Positions 41,210-51,932 of a DNA stretch of 64,000 nucleotides are shown here, piece by piece (position 1 is the stretch's first letter; every line of letters starts with the position of its first letter). Both the position numbers and the translations under genes were made by a program. The stretch is from a virus: IMG/VR virus record IMGVR_UViG_3300035698_014170, positions 1 to 64,000 of that record; one strand, given 5' to 3'. The notes below the pieces were generated by a model, which was given only the letters and a program-made list of their open reading frames with translations, was not told where the DNA came from and ran no database searches.

Positions 41210-41902
41210 ATGAGTGAACAATACATACCTATCACATTACCTTCTAAATGTTTAGCATATGAAGATGTCAATCCTGACGATATTAAAATCAGACCTTTCA
41301 AAGGTAAAGACGAAGCGTTAATAGCAGAACTTAATATAAACAATTTTAAAAAGAAATTTGCTACAGTTATTGAAAATGTACTACAAGGTATCGAACCCAA
41401 GAAATTGACTACGGGTGATACAACGTACATAATGTTATGGGAGGCTATTAATTCTTACGATCAAAATTATTCGGATAGAATAGTTTGTGAGGGCTGTTTA
41501 CAAGAAGTAAACGTAACGTTTGATTTAAGTAAGATAAATAATGTCGAATTACCTGACGATTTTAAACAACCACATTCTGAACAATTGTCCGATAAAGAGA
41601 TTAAGCTTAGATTACTTACGTTAGAAGACGACATTTCTTCTTTAGATTGGTCTAAGAACGGTAAATCAATATATCTTTATTCGTACGCAAGATCTATAGT
41701 TGACGATAGTTTATCGATTATAGATAAAATCAAATTATTAGAAGATATGGGCACTAAAGATTTAGATGTGATTAAAAAATTCCACAAACAGTATGCACAT
41801 GGTCCAGATATGGCAAGCACTTACAAGTGTCCGCTATGTGAATACGAGGGTAAGCTAGAGCTTCCCTTTCGATACGACAAACTTTTTTCGTTTGACGAAT
41901 AG
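41210..41902 (+). CDS. Baseplate hub/tail assembly chaperone (gp26-like)
   Basis: ITLPSK, IKIRPFKGKDE, LTTGD, CEGC, LRLLT, CPLC. Confidence 0.8.
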   Translation: MSEQYIPITLPSKCLAYEDVNPDDIKIRPFKGKDEALIAELNINNFKKKFATVIENVLQGIEPKKLTTGDTTYIMLWEAINSYDQNYSDRIVCEGCLQEVNVTFDLSKINNVELPDDFKQPHSEQLSDKEIKLRLLTLEDDISSLDWSKNGKSIYLYSYARSIVDDSLSIIDKIKLLEDMGTKDLDVIKKFHKQYAHGPDMASTYKCPLCEYEGKLELPFRYDKLFSFDE

Positions 41903-42059
41903 TTTAGAATATATATTCGAAAGAAAGTTTAATTTTCAATACAGGATGAATTTATCTTTTTCAGAATACGATAATACACAATTAAAAGAACTTGATTGGA
42001 TGTACGGACGTTTACTTCAACAAAAGCAAGAAGAAGATAAATTATTAAAAGGTAGATAA
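41868..42059 (+). CDS. Chaperone C-terminal extension in +1 frame (gp51-like)
   Basis: Open frame FDTTNFFRLTNSLEYIFERKFNFQYRMNLSFSEYDN..ELDWMYGRLLQQKQEE, stop overlaps next ATG. Confidence 0.65.
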   Translation, partial: FDTTNFFRLTNSLEYIFERKFNFQYRMNLSFSEYDNTQLKELDWMYGRLLQQKQEEDKLLKGR

Positions 42060-43624
42060 TGGCAAAATTAGACGACATAACGATAGGCAATTATCAAATA
42101 GCCGCTAGTAAAATTGCTAAACAATATATACCATACTACAGAAATTTATCTTCTGTATATTCAGATGTAAAAACTGGTATTGGGAAAGTAATTAAAGATC
42201 AAACTGTTCGATTAAAAGAAGTACTTCCTTTACTAGCAAGAGTATCTGGCAGAGGCGGAACAGCTGTTACTAGAAAGGAATTGAAAAAATTAGATTCTTT
42301 ATTAGAAGAAATTAGTACTGCACATACTCAAGTTAAGGAATGGACAAAAGAAAGTGAAACGTTAAGAGAAAATTCAAAAAATTCTACTAAAGATTTAGGA
42401 GTAGCACCAGAAGATCTTCGTTCTTCTGTAAGTTCTTTTAAGGAAAAACAAACTCAAGATAAAGGCGGTATTTCTAAAGAAGCGCTTGGTTTAATCGGAG
42501 GCGTTACAAAAGCGTTAGGTTTAGGTTCTCCGGGCAAAGCAGTTGGCGTAGCTGCAATGCTTCCTTTTTTAAGTCCTATAATCGGTCCGTTTATTAAACC
42601 CGCTTTAGCAGCGTACGAAACTTTACGCGGACTTAAAACATCGGGCGGCGGAATAATACGTGGAGTAACAAAGCCTTGGCGCAGCAGAAAAAAATCTTTT
42701 TTTGATTCTGAATCCCCTGCAGTAGATTCAATAAGTAGATCTCCGTCTACTTCTGATAGAGTTCCTGGAATATCCCCTGCAGTAGGCGGAGCTTTTAGAA
42801 CATTGACCAGACGAAAAAAAGAAGAAGCTACAGCCCCTTTATTTTACTTTTTTAATAAAAGGGCTTATAAAGCTGGTTGGACAAGAGATGTTCTTTCAGC
42901 TTTGAGAGGAAAAAAAACCGAAGGGGCTATTTCTTCTTTTAAAGATTGGCTTGCTTTAGGAGCCGGAGCAGCTCTTGGAAGCAGTTTATTAACGTTTTTA
43001 GGAACAGCAGGAGCAGTAGCTATTACTGTAACCACTGCTTATTTAACAGGAAAACATATTTTATATCCACAATTAGAAAAATTAAAATGGTTTCAAGATC
43101 TTTTAAATTTTTCTGGCAAGTTAGAATCTTGGCGAATACGATTATCTGATTGGGTCGAAGCAAAATTACCTCAAATTCCGAATGCTCCGAATGCTCCTTC
43201 TTTGGAAGAACGAAGAGAAGAATTTTATAAAAAGCCTTTCAAAGAGCGTTTTCAAACCAGTCCTTTGATGGTGGGTATTCGAAAAAATTTAGGAAAATTA
43301 TCTCTAAACAGTGTAACTCCATTACCAAATACTTGGCCAGGAAGCGGATACAACAATCGCGGCGTTTATGATCCTGCTGAAGGTCCTTATATTTCGCCAC
43401 AAGAATCTTTTCCTGAAGAAACTCCAGAAAATGCGAAAAAATTAGAAGCTATGTTGAACGAAATAAAAAACATGAATGTTGGTCTTCAAAATGCTATAAA
43501 TCAACGCCCAAGTAGTGGCGGTGGAGCAGGCGGTCCTGTTTTACAACCGACTCTTGTTGGAGATAACGACGACGTTATGATGAGTAATTATAAAAATGCT
43601 TTAAAATGGTTAGATGAGAATTAA
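42059..43624 (+). CDS. Tape measure-like protein
   Basis: Follows chaperone; helical, Gly/Ala-rich hydrophobic segments. Confidence 0.6.
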   Translation: MAKLDDITIGNYQIAASKIAKQYIPYYRNLSSVYSDVKTGIGKVIKDQTVRLKEVLPLLARVSGRGGTAVTRKELKKLDSLLEEISTAHTQVKEWTKESETLRENSKNSTKDLGVAPEDLRSSVSSFKEKQTQDKGGISKEALGLIGGVTKALGLGSPGKAVGVAAMLPFLSPIIGPFIKPALAAYETLRGLKTSGGGIIRGVTKPWRSRKKSFFDSESPAVDSISRSPSTSDRVPGISPAVGGAFRTLTRRKKEEATAPLFYFFNKRAYKAGWTRDVLSALRGKKTEGAISSFKDWLALGAGAALGSSLLTFLGTAGAVAITVTTAYLTGKHILYPQLEKLKWFQDLLNFSGKLESWRIRLSDWVEAKLPQIPNAPNAPSLEERREEFYKKPFKERFQTSPLMVGIRKNLGKLSLNSVTPLPNTWPGSGYNNRGVYDPAEGPYISPQESFPEETPENAKKLEAMLNEIKNMNVGLQNAINQRPSSGGGAGGPVLQPTLVGDNDDVMMSNYKNALKWLDEN

Positions 43625-43626
43625 TT

Positions 43627-44529
43627 ATGGCTATCTTTTCACATGCGTTTAATAACATTAAAGATGCAGTAACCGGAGTATTTAAATCAAATACTAGTCC
43701 GATAGCAAGAGATTTTTTGGGCTATTTGGGTACGGACATACCTAACGAATACTTGGTAACTATAACTGACGACTTACCTACTTCTTATATAGGAGAAGGT
43801 AAAAAAATAACAATTAAAGCTCCTATTCAAGAAAAAATAACTACTAGAACAGAATCATCTTGGTCGTCTTTAACTGCGTCGTCTTTTATTACAGATTCTT
43901 ACGGAGTTTTAACACAAGCATTAGCAGGCCGTTCACTTGTTAGTAGATTTGCAAGTAGAAGAATGTGGTCAGGTACTTCGCCGTTAGATTTTACGTTAAG
44001 TTTAAAGTTTGAAGCTATAAATAATACAAATAAAGAAGTAACAGAACCTATAATGGAGCTACAACGTATGGTACTTCCGTATATTGGAAGTAACAAAAGT
44101 AAAGAAGCAACTGAACTTAGTTCTAAAACAGGATTAGGAAATGGATTTTTCTTACATCCTCCCGGTCCGAACCCTTTTAATATACCTGGTATAGAAAACG
44201 TACGTTTATTAAAACATATGTATGTTTCTGATCCAGGCGAAATTATAAACATAAACGTAGGTAATTTACTGACGTTAAGAAAGGTCATAGTTAAAGACGT
44301 TAGTATAGATTATTTACCTAAGTTTGAAAAAGGCGGAGCTACTATTGGTGCAATTGCTACAATTCATTTCCAAACTTTTGAAATTATGACAAAAGAATCG
44401 TTAGACGAAATGTTTAACATATCTGCTACTACAGTTTTGCCTAGTCAAAGTCCTGTAGCTCCTATAGGAACACCTCCTGGTGGAATGAACGATGTTATTA
44501 GTAGAGACGGAAGGACAGCGTTAGCATAA
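43627..44529 (+). CDS. Baseplate tube-cap-like protein (gp48-like)
   Basis: WSGTSPLDFTLSLKF, VIVKDVSIDY; synteny. Confidence 0.6.
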   Translation: MAIFSHAFNNIKDAVTGVFKSNTSPIARDFLGYLGTDIPNEYLVTITDDLPTSYIGEGKKITIKAPIQEKITTRTESSWSSLTASSFITDSYGVLTQALAGRSLVSRFASRRMWSGTSPLDFTLSLKFEAINNTNKEVTEPIMELQRMVLPYIGSNKSKEATELSSKTGLGNGFFLHPPGPNPFNIPGIENVRLLKHMYVSDPGEIININVGNLLTLRKVIVKDVSIDYLPKFEKGGATIGAIATIHFQTFEIMTKESLDEMFNISATTVLPSQSPVAPIGTPPGGMNDVISRDGRTALA

Positions 44530-44530
44530 T

Positions 44531-44836
44531 ATGAATAGAACAAAATTTTATAATACAGCTGTTGTAAACAATGTAAAAGAAGTAGACCATCTATACAATA
44601 CTTTGTCTTCTTTCAAGATAAAACACTCTCCTTCTTATTATAGGACAAATTCTCACGATGTAGGACAGCCGGATTTAATCAGTAAAAAATTGTACGATAC
44701 TGAAAGATACTGGTGGGTTATTTGTTTAGTGAACGATATAAATAATCCTTTTACAGATATAGAAGAAGGAACAATTTTACAAATTCCAAGTATTTTAGAC
44801 ATATACGATTTTTATCAAAAATATAACGTACGATAA
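44531..44836 (+). CDS. Baseplate wedge LysM-like protein (gp53-like)
   Basis: PDLISKKLY..YWWVICLVNDINNP..GTILQIP. Confidence 0.85.
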   Translation: MNRTKFYNTAVVNNVKEVDHLYNTLSSFKIKHSPSYYRTNSHDVGQPDLISKKLYDTERYWWVICLVNDINNPFTDIEEGTILQIPSILDIYDFYQKYNVR

Positions 44837-46119
44837 TGACTATAAAACAACATACAAGTCCGTATTACTTAAATATTAAGTTTGGAGAATCTGCAGGATT
44901 TACTAAAACAGATTCTAAAAGATTAAATTTTCAACTTAATCCTATCAATACTTTATATATCATACAAGATATTAATAGGGTACTACCTTCTTTTCGATTA
45001 AAATTCCAAGATCCGGCATCTGAATATTCACAATTAACTCCTTTTGATAGTAAACAAAATAAAATTAGAATTAGCTTTAATCGTAATAAATTTCCAGAAG
45101 ATCCGTCTACGTTTGATTTTGATATTTACAGGACATTTCCTACTTCAGATTTTGTATACGACGTTGAAGGACTTTTACAGGTTAAAAATTTATATTCTCC
45201 TAGCAAAACTCGAGGATTTAGTAAAAGATATCCGGTTTCAGATCATTTAATTGATATAGTATTAAACGATTTAAAAATTAAAGATTATGATATAAGTCCT
45301 ACTCTTGATAAAGTGTTCAAAAATATTGTTCAACCCAATTGGACAAATATCGAATTATTAGAGTATTTAAAAAAGAATCTTTTAGGTACAAATTCTGAAG
45401 CAGGATATTTTTGCTTTATTCGTACAGAAAAAGATAAAAGAGTATTTGTTTTCCGATCATTAAAAGAATTGTATAGTCAGAAACCAAAATATTATTTTTC
45501 TAATAGTACAAGTGCTTTTGGAGACGGCGGAGCACAAAGAGTTTATTATCCTATTTTAGATTTTAAAGTGTACGATAATTGTAAGCTTTTAGGAACTAAA
45601 GGCACAAAAAGTCTTAATTATTCGTATTTCGATTACAATTCTTCTTCTTTTAAGCAACAAACTGTTAAAGCTAAAAACAATGCAAACGAATTTTTACCTC
45701 CCTCTTATACGAGTACAGACGATTTCTTATCTTTAACTAAATATTTTTTAATAGACGGAAACGACGACGACGTAGGTATAGGTTTAGATCATGCTGGTCG
45801 ATCGTCAGAATTTGCCTCTAATTATAAAGGACGTGCTAAAAATATATTTTATAAGAGACTGAATAACCTATCTAAGTTTTGGATAACTTCTTGGGGGATA
45901 GAAGACGTATCTCCTGGGGATGTTGTTTCAGTAGAATTTGTAGATTCACCAGAATTAATAAGTATTCATCAATATAACGGAAGTTGGTTAGTTGAAAGAG
46001 TAGTACATTTATTAGGGCCTAATTTTGGAACTAGATTGTTATTAACAAGGAGCGGAGTAGATACTTCTGCAGATACAACATTACTAACAGTAAATCAAAA
46101 AAATATTATTTCAAAATAG
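44836..46119 (+). CDS. Baseplate hub protein (gp27-like)
   Basis: QPNWT, PGDVV, YNGSWLVERVVH..TRLLLTR. Confidence 0.75.
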   Translation: MTIKQHTSPYYLNIKFGESAGFTKTDSKRLNFQLNPINTLYIIQDINRVLPSFRLKFQDPASEYSQLTPFDSKQNKIRISFNRNKFPEDPSTFDFDIYRTFPTSDFVYDVEGLLQVKNLYSPSKTRGFSKRYPVSDHLIDIVLNDLKIKDYDISPTLDKVFKNIVQPNWTNIELLEYLKKNLLGTNSEAGYFCFIRTEKDKRVFVFRSLKELYSQKPKYYFSNSTSAFGDGGAQRVYYPILDFKVYDNCKLLGTKGTKSLNYSYFDYNSSSFKQQTVKAKNNANEFLPPSYTSTDDFLSLTKYFLIDGNDDDVGIGLDHAGRSSEFASNYKGRAKNIFYKRLNNLSKFWITSWGIEDVSPGDVVSVEFVDSPELISIHQYNGSWLVERVVHLLGPNFGTRLLLTRSGVDTSADTTLLTVNQKNIISK

Positions 46120-46346
46120 TTCTTTGATTATAAGTGTTTATACATTATAATATATTTAAGATGAATATACTTATAAACATTTTGTTATTTCTTTTAAGAT
46201 GCGTAGGATGGACATGTTGTTTTCTTTTTGCAACTGTTCTAGTAGCATCTATAATTTTAATAACTGTATCGATAGCACCTTTAGCAATTTTTATAGGCAT
46301 ATTTGCGTTTACTATATACGCAAATGTAACAAATTAGTAGGTAAAA

Positions 46347-46871
46347 ATGAACAATTCTGATAAGTATAATGGTATCTACAGAGCAAAAGTCTTAATGACT
46401 GACGCCTTAGAGGACGATAAATTAGGCAGAGTACGTTGTGAAGTCTATCCGATGCTTGTAGGTGTAGATACAGCAACGGATTTAGACAATGTTGAAGGAA
46501 TAGTAACCACTCAATTACCTTGGGCTATTCCGGCTATGCCTTTGTTTGCCGGAGCGTTAACTGCTGGATCAGGTTCGTTTGTGATACCTGAAGTTGAGTC
46601 ATTTGTTTGGGTCTTTTTTGAAGCAGGCGATATTTATCAACCCGTTTATTTTGCAGAAGCTCAAACAGCAGGAGCAGGAATACCTTCCGAAAGACTTACA
46701 GATTACCCTTATACAAAAGTTTGGAAATCTGCTGGAGGCGTCATTATAACGATTAACGATAAAGAGGGAAGTGAAAAAATTAACGTATTACATCCTTCTG
46801 GTTCGAATATTCAAATAGACAGTGGCGGAAACATAAATATTAGTGGAACAACTGTAAATATTAATACTTAA
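46347..46871 (+). CDS. Baseplate spike, gp5/gpV OB-fold
   Basis: GIYRAKV..D..LGRVRC, LPWAIP, IPEVESFVWVFFEAGD..PVY. Confidence 0.9.
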   Translation: MNNSDKYNGIYRAKVLMTDALEDDKLGRVRCEVYPMLVGVDTATDLDNVEGIVTTQLPWAIPAMPLFAGALTAGSGSFVIPEVESFVWVFFEAGDIYQPVYFAEAQTAGAGIPSERLTDYPYTKVWKSAGGVIITINDKEGSEKINVLHPSGSNIQIDSGGNINISGTTVNINT

Positions 46872-46879
46872 GAGATAAA

Positions 46880-47427
46880 ATGGCAGAATTTCCAACACCT
46901 GGTGCATCAAAAGATACTTGGGGCAAAGAACTCCAAGAAGTTTGGCTCGTACAACACGATATGTACGGCCATCATCCTGGATCTCCGATTCAAATTGATA
47001 ATTATCAAACTGGAGCAAAGCAGTATTTTACTGGTGCTACTGTAATTCCTTATGGCGATACTATTCCTGAAAGCACTCAAGGTAGTAAAGTAATGGAACT
47101 CGATTTTACTCCTATAAGTGCTTTGAATAAATTAAAATAGATGTTGTAGCTATATTTGCTAATACCGGAGCTCATTTATGTGCAGCTTTATTTAAAAACT
47201 TAGATCAATATGCTTTAGCTTGCTCGTATGCAAATAAAAACGCCAGTTGGCCAGATACATACTCTTTTTCTCATTTTATGGTAGCAGACACTATCGAAAA
47301 AATAAAATTCAAAGTTTATGTAGGCGGAAATGGTACGACTACTACGTTTAATGGTGACAACAATAATATAGCCATGTACGGCGGTGTAATAGCATCTAGC
47401 ATCACCATTACGGAGATTCAGGTATGA
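46880..47427 (+). CDS. Tail fibre-like protein, split by one-base deletion at A4 47134-47137
   Basis: Restored frame KLKIDVVAIF...FKVYVG...SSITITEIQV ends at ATGA overlap with PAAR gene. Confidence 0.65.
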
Positions 47428-47747
47428 GTAAGAAAATAGCTTGTGTTGGTGATTATTCGAGTCACGTAGGAGTTGTGATTACATCTAATCAAGACGGTAA
47501 ATTCAGAATCGGATACAGTGATAGAGCTTTTGGTTCAGGTGTTGCAGGTTCAGGATCTTTTGGCGGAGCTATCCCAGCTGTCGAAGGTGCAATGCATAGT
47601 TGTCCGATACCTGAACATGGAATCACTGCTATCAAAGCTGTTACAACGAAAAGTTATAAAAATGGTAAATTGATATTAACAACAAACGCTTTTGCAGGTT
47701 GTGGAGCCTTAATTTTACCTTCAGATAGAAAGGTATACGTTGAATAA
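47424..47747 (+). CDS. PAAR-like spike tip protein
   Basis: IACVGDYSSH, HSCPIPEHG, NGK, AGCGALI. Confidence 0.85.
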   Translation: MSKKIACVGDYSSHVGVVITSNQDGKFRIGYSDRAFGSGVAGSGSFGGAIPAVEGAMHSCPIPEHGITAIKAVTTKSYKNGKLILTTNAFAGCGALILPSDRKVYVE

Positions 47748-48127
47748 TGGCAATTAAAGCAACTGAAATTTGGTCAGATTTGCATCAGGGTTTTATTCCA
47801 GATGCTCAAGGAAAGTTAAAAAAAGTTATTAATATAGGAGCAGTTAAGACTTCTATTGATAATATTATGCGTACTTCAAAAGGGGAACGTGTAATGCTTC
47901 GTGATTTCGGCTCTGATCTTAAAACCATGTTATTTGAAAATATAGATGAATCTCTTGTAAGCACAATAGCAGAAGAAATTAAAACTGCTATAACGACTTG
48001 GGACAACAGAGTTATTGTAAATTCTGTAAACTTTGAAACAGATGCCGATCGAAACGAAGTTCGTGTAACTATACAGTTTATAGTACGAGGATATGACGAG
48101 ATATTTAGTCTCGATACTATTGTATAA
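47747..48127 (+). CDS. Baseplate wedge gp25-like protein
   Basis: SIDNIMRTSKGERVMLRDFGS..LFE..WDNRV. Confidence 0.92.
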   Translation: MAIKATEIWSDLHQGFIPDAQGKLKKVINIGAVKTSIDNIMRTSKGERVMLRDFGSDLKTMLFENIDESLVSTIAEEIKTAITTWDNRVIVNSVNFETDADRNEVRVTIQFIVRGYDEIFSLDTIV

Positions 48128-48138
48128 GAAAGATAAAT

Positions 48139-49902
48139 ATGTCAAATGAATTAAATTATGTAAATTACGACTTCGACGATATAGTTGAGCAATTAGAAAA
48201 TCGTCTTTTATTATCTGACGCATGGAAAGATACATACAAATCTAGTACTGGACAGATGTTAATAGAATTATTAGGTTATGTATCTAATCTAACTTTGTAT
48301 TACATTGAAAGAAGAGCAGAAGAGTCTTATATTGATACTGCTCAGAATAGAAGTAGTATAATTAATCTTGTTAAATTGTTAAACTATCAACCTAAAAGAG
48401 TTGTATCATCTACTGGCATACTTACTTTTTATCTAAGTGAAGCTAATGCCTATAATATATCTATTCCTAGATGGACAGAATGTCAGACAGCAGCAGGCAT
48501 TAAATTTTTAACGTCTGAAGAAGCTACAATTATAAAAAAGGGAATATCAGTCGAAGTAAATGCAATTCAAGGCGAATTAGAAACTCTTTCCGCAACAGCT
48601 GATGGAACAGCAGATCAAGAATATTCAATCGAAGAAACAACAGTTGAAGATTCTTCTAATAATGATTCTTTAATTGTAGTAGTAGACGGAGTTACTTGGA
48701 CTAAAGTATCTTCATTTTTACGTAGTGAAAATACCTCTACCCATTATAGAGTTATTACAAATCTAGACGATACCGTTACTATTAAATTTGGAAACGATGT
48801 TAAAGGAAAAGCTCCTGAGAATGGTTTGACTATTGCTATAACATATGTATTAAGCAAAGGGTTAGACGGAAACATATATACTGATAATGCCGTTACTACA
48901 ATAAACGTTGCTATTACCAATGCTAATTCGGACGCAGTAACAAATATTAGCGTAAGTAACGATGCAACAATAGTTACGCCTACGTCTACTGTAACTAGAT
49001 CTTTTTTAGGAGGAGATGATCGAGAATCTGCCGAAGAAATAAGATATGAGGCTCCTAGAGTCTTTGCAACGGGAGATCGTGCTGTTACTAAAAATGATTT
49101 TATAGCAATCTTAGAAAATACAGCTGATATAGCAAACGTAAATGTTTGGGGCGAATTAGAAGAAGCTGAAGATGCAGGCGAAGATTCAGATTATGAGATG
49201 CTCAATAAAGTTAAAATGTGTATAATATTGGTGAATTGGCAAACAACTGAAGCCCCCTTCGAAGCAACGTTATCAGAAAATTTGTATGATCGATCAATGA
49301 TGACAGTTAAGTACGAGTTTGTTGACCCTGTTATTCTAAATGTAATTGTTAGCTTTTCGTCTATTGTAACAGCGTTAGGTTCGTCTTTAACAGACGTACA
49401 AAATACAGTAGAATCGACTTTAACCAACGAATTTGAATTAGGCGTTACAACTAAATTAGGTACAGCAATTAGATATAGTAACTTAGTTAGAGCAGTAGAT
49501 GCATTAGACGATGTAGAATATCATACAATGACTTTAGAAATTTATAAAGCGCTAGAAGCAGGATACGATTCTAATTACGATTACGGCGAAATACTTGACG
49601 CAGTAGAAATTAAAACTGAATCTGTAAAAATATATGTAGGAGATACTCTAATTGCAGTAGACGACGGAGTAGAAGGATTTACAGACGAATCTTCTGATTA
49701 TTCCGTATCAGGTGATATCGATTATGATACAGGAGTAATAGGTATTGATATAGCCGAATCCGTAGGCAGTGAAGTAGTATCGGTCAGATACCGTCAAGAT
49801 AACTCTGATAATAACAAAGATGGGGACATCATTACAGATCGTTTCGAAATATGTAAGCTTCACGACGTAGAAGTAAATTCAATTTCGATTATTGAAAGTT
49901 AA
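48139..49902 (+). CDS. Baseplate wedge gp6/J-like protein
   Basis: YVNYDFD, ESYIDTAQNRSS..LNYQP, IKFGN..GKAP, GGDDRESAEEIR..AP..DRAVTKND. Confidence 0.92.
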   Translation: MSNELNYVNYDFDDIVEQLENRLLLSDAWKDTYKSSTGQMLIELLGYVSNLTLYYIERRAEESYIDTAQNRSSIINLVKLLNYQPKRVVSSTGILTFYLSEANAYNISIPRWTECQTAAGIKFLTSEEATIIKKGISVEVNAIQGELETLSATADGTADQEYSIEETTVEDSSNNDSLIVVVDGVTWTKVSSFLRSENTSTHYRVITNLDDTVTIKFGNDVKGKAPENGLTIAITYVLSKGLDGNIYTDNAVTTINVAITNANSDAVTNISVSNDATIVTPTSTVTRSFLGGDDRESAEEIRYEAPRVFATGDRAVTKNDFIAILENTADIANVNVWGELEEAEDAGEDSDYEMLNKVKMCIILVNWQTTEAPFEATLSENLYDRSMMTVKYEFVDPVILNVIVSFSSIVTALGSSLTDVQNTVESTLTNEFELGVTTKLGTAIRYSNLVRAVDALDDVEYHTMTLEIYKALEAGYDSNYDYGEILDAVEIKTESVKIYVGDTLIAVDDGVEGFTDESSDYSVSGDIDYDTGVIGIDIAESVGSEVVSVRYRQDNSDNNKDGDIITDRFEICKLHDVEVNSISIIES

Positions 49903-49904
49903 AA

Positions 49905-51929
49905 ATGGGAAATAGTGTAAACCTTTTAAATCTTGTTCCTCAGAAGTTTAGAGATTCTCAGATACTTATAGCTTATCTATCTGCTATGGGCGACGAGCTT
50001 ACTAATATGACTTTAGCTGATTTTGAAGCTGCTCAATACACCCCTACAGCTGCAGCAGCTTTGATGGTTTCTAATCCAGATACTTTAAGCTATAACGTAG
50101 GCAATTGGTTTGATTTAATAGACGGCCTCGAAGATTTTTTTAATCCTAGAACAGTAGATATAAAATATTTAAGAAATTTAGCTGCTTTAATTGGTTTAAA
50201 ATTATTACCAGAAGATACTACATCTGAAAGTATTTTAAGAGCTTCTGTTGTCGAAGCAATTGATTGGTATAAAATAAAAGGGACTTACGAATCATTAATT
50301 GTAATTGGTTTAATTAATCAAATTTCTTTTAATATTTGGGATATGTATACCGATTCAACTTACAATACGTTTAATAAAGTGGAATGGTTTGTAGGAGCAG
50401 AAAACGAAAATCCTGCAAGTTATCCTTATCCTACGTATTTTAAATCTCCTCATTTTGGATTAGAAGTTATTTTAAACAAAGTGTACGATGCAAAGCCAGA
50501 TTTAGGCGCTCCGAATGTTCATTTATGGTATCCTTCGTATTGGACGAATATATTAAATTACGTTGAAAGAACCAGACCTGTACATACAGTGCCTCATTAT
50601 ATGTTATTTCTTAATCCTCAAACTAACGAAAACGGAGAAATAGTTATAGTAGACGGCGATATTCAAACAAAAGCTACTTTGAATTGGGTTAGTGGCATAC
50701 AATATTTCGACGAGAATATTACTACATATAATTTACCTTATGGATATCCGTTGGATTCGTCTGACTTACCAGAAACGCCTATATTTAAAGATAATCAAGT
50801 TTACGGATACGGATTGTACGGCGGAAAAGTTACAGAAGCAGATTGGACTTGGGATGAAGGCGCTGATAGTGAAAGCGACGCAGAGTATAAATTAGATACG
50901 CCTTCAGGCATAACAACTGAGTTTATCGATACTTGGAAATTAGGAACTGGAAGTAAAGGTAAAAATTTACCAGTAGATTTAAGCACAGATTTAGTTGCAC
51001 AATACAAGTTAAATGACAATCTTGATACAAATGTTGTTTTAGACGATTCTGGTTATTCAAACAATGGTACAGTTGTAAATGACGGAAACAATTACGCATC
51101 TGAGCAATATAATGTGGACGGTAAAATAAACGGTTGTTTCGAGTTTGACGGAATAAACGATTACGTCGGAGTAGCTTCCAATGTAATACCTTCGTCAGGT
51201 GATTGGACAATTGCAGGTTGGGTTTACTGCGAAGGAAAATTAGCAGGCACTACTGATGATTTTGGTACTGCCTTCGGCTCTGCTGCTTTACCAACAGATA
51301 TAAAAGGCTGTATTGTCAGTACAAGTGCTGCAAACGGTTTATATGTTACAATAGGAAACGGCACTTCGTCAGGTAGTTTCGGGTTACTTTCCGATATATC
51401 CACAACGAATAAACAGAAGTGGTATCATATTATTCTTACATACGACGAATCTACAACTACGACAAGAGGGTATGTTAACAGCGAATTAGTAGACGAGTTA
51501 GTTCAGGAATACGCAGATTCAGGCGAAGGGGCTTTTAGAATAGGACATTCTGTAAATTTGTATCCACTAACAACTTTTTGGTACGGTAAAGTAGACGATG
51601 TTAGGTCATATAGTAGAATAATAGATGCAGAAGATATTGCAACGCTGTATAATTCTGGTGACGGTACAGAGATGCAAAAATTTGATTTAGAAGATACTTC
51701 CCCTACTGAAGATACTTTAACTGCGTCAAATATTATAGTAACATCTGAAGCTGTAACAATAGAATTTACTGTTCCAAAAACTACGATTTTATCAGGGGTA
51801 TCTGAATTAGGTATATATACAGACGGCGGCGAAGCGACTGAAAAGTTAGTAGTAGCTAGTTTGTTTCCAGATATTTATAAATCTACAGACGCCGAATTAA
51901 GAGTACAAATAATAATAGAAAGAGAGTAA
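49905..51929 (+). CDS. Baseplate wedge gp7/gpI-like protein with inserted LamG domain
   Basis: YLRNLAALIG, WYKIKGT, RPVHT; LVAQYKLND..FDGINDY..WYHI..GKVDDVRSY insert; ELGIY..FPDIYKS end. Confidence 0.75.
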   Translation: MGNSVNLLNLVPQKFRDSQILIAYLSAMGDELTNMTLADFEAAQYTPTAAAALMVSNPDTLSYNVGNWFDLIDGLEDFFNPRTVDIKYLRNLAALIGLKLLPEDTTSESILRASVVEAIDWYKIKGTYESLIVIGLINQISFNIWDMYTDSTYNTFNKVEWFVGAENENPASYPYPTYFKSPHFGLEVILNKVYDAKPDLGAPNVHLWYPSYWTNILNYVERTRPVHTVPHYMLFLNPQTNENGEIVIVDGDIQTKATLNWVSGIQYFDENITTYNLPYGYPLDSSDLPETPIFKDNQVYGYGLYGGKVTEADWTWDEGADSESDAEYKLDTPSGITTEFIDTWKLGTGSKGKNLPVDLSTDLVAQYKLNDNLDTNVVLDDSGYSNNGTVVNDGNNYASEQYNVDGKINGCFEFDGINDYVGVASNVIPSSGDWTIAGWVYCEGKLAGTTDDFGTAFGSAALPTDIKGCIVSTSAANGLYVTIGNGTSSGSFGLLSDISTTNKQKWYHIILTYDESTTTTRGYVNSELVDELVQEYADSGEGAFRIGHSVNLYPLTTFWYGKVDDVRSYSRIIDAEDIATLYNSGDGTEMQKFDLEDTSPTEDTLTASNIIVTSEAVTIEFTVPKTTILSGVSELGIYTDGGEATEKLVVASLFPDIYKSTDAELRVQIIIERE

Positions 51930-51932
51930 ACT

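Noticed and set aside
39986-49902. Bacterial T6SS or extracellular contractile injection system
   Set aside because: Portal, protease, capsid and neck genes are present, so this is a phage tail
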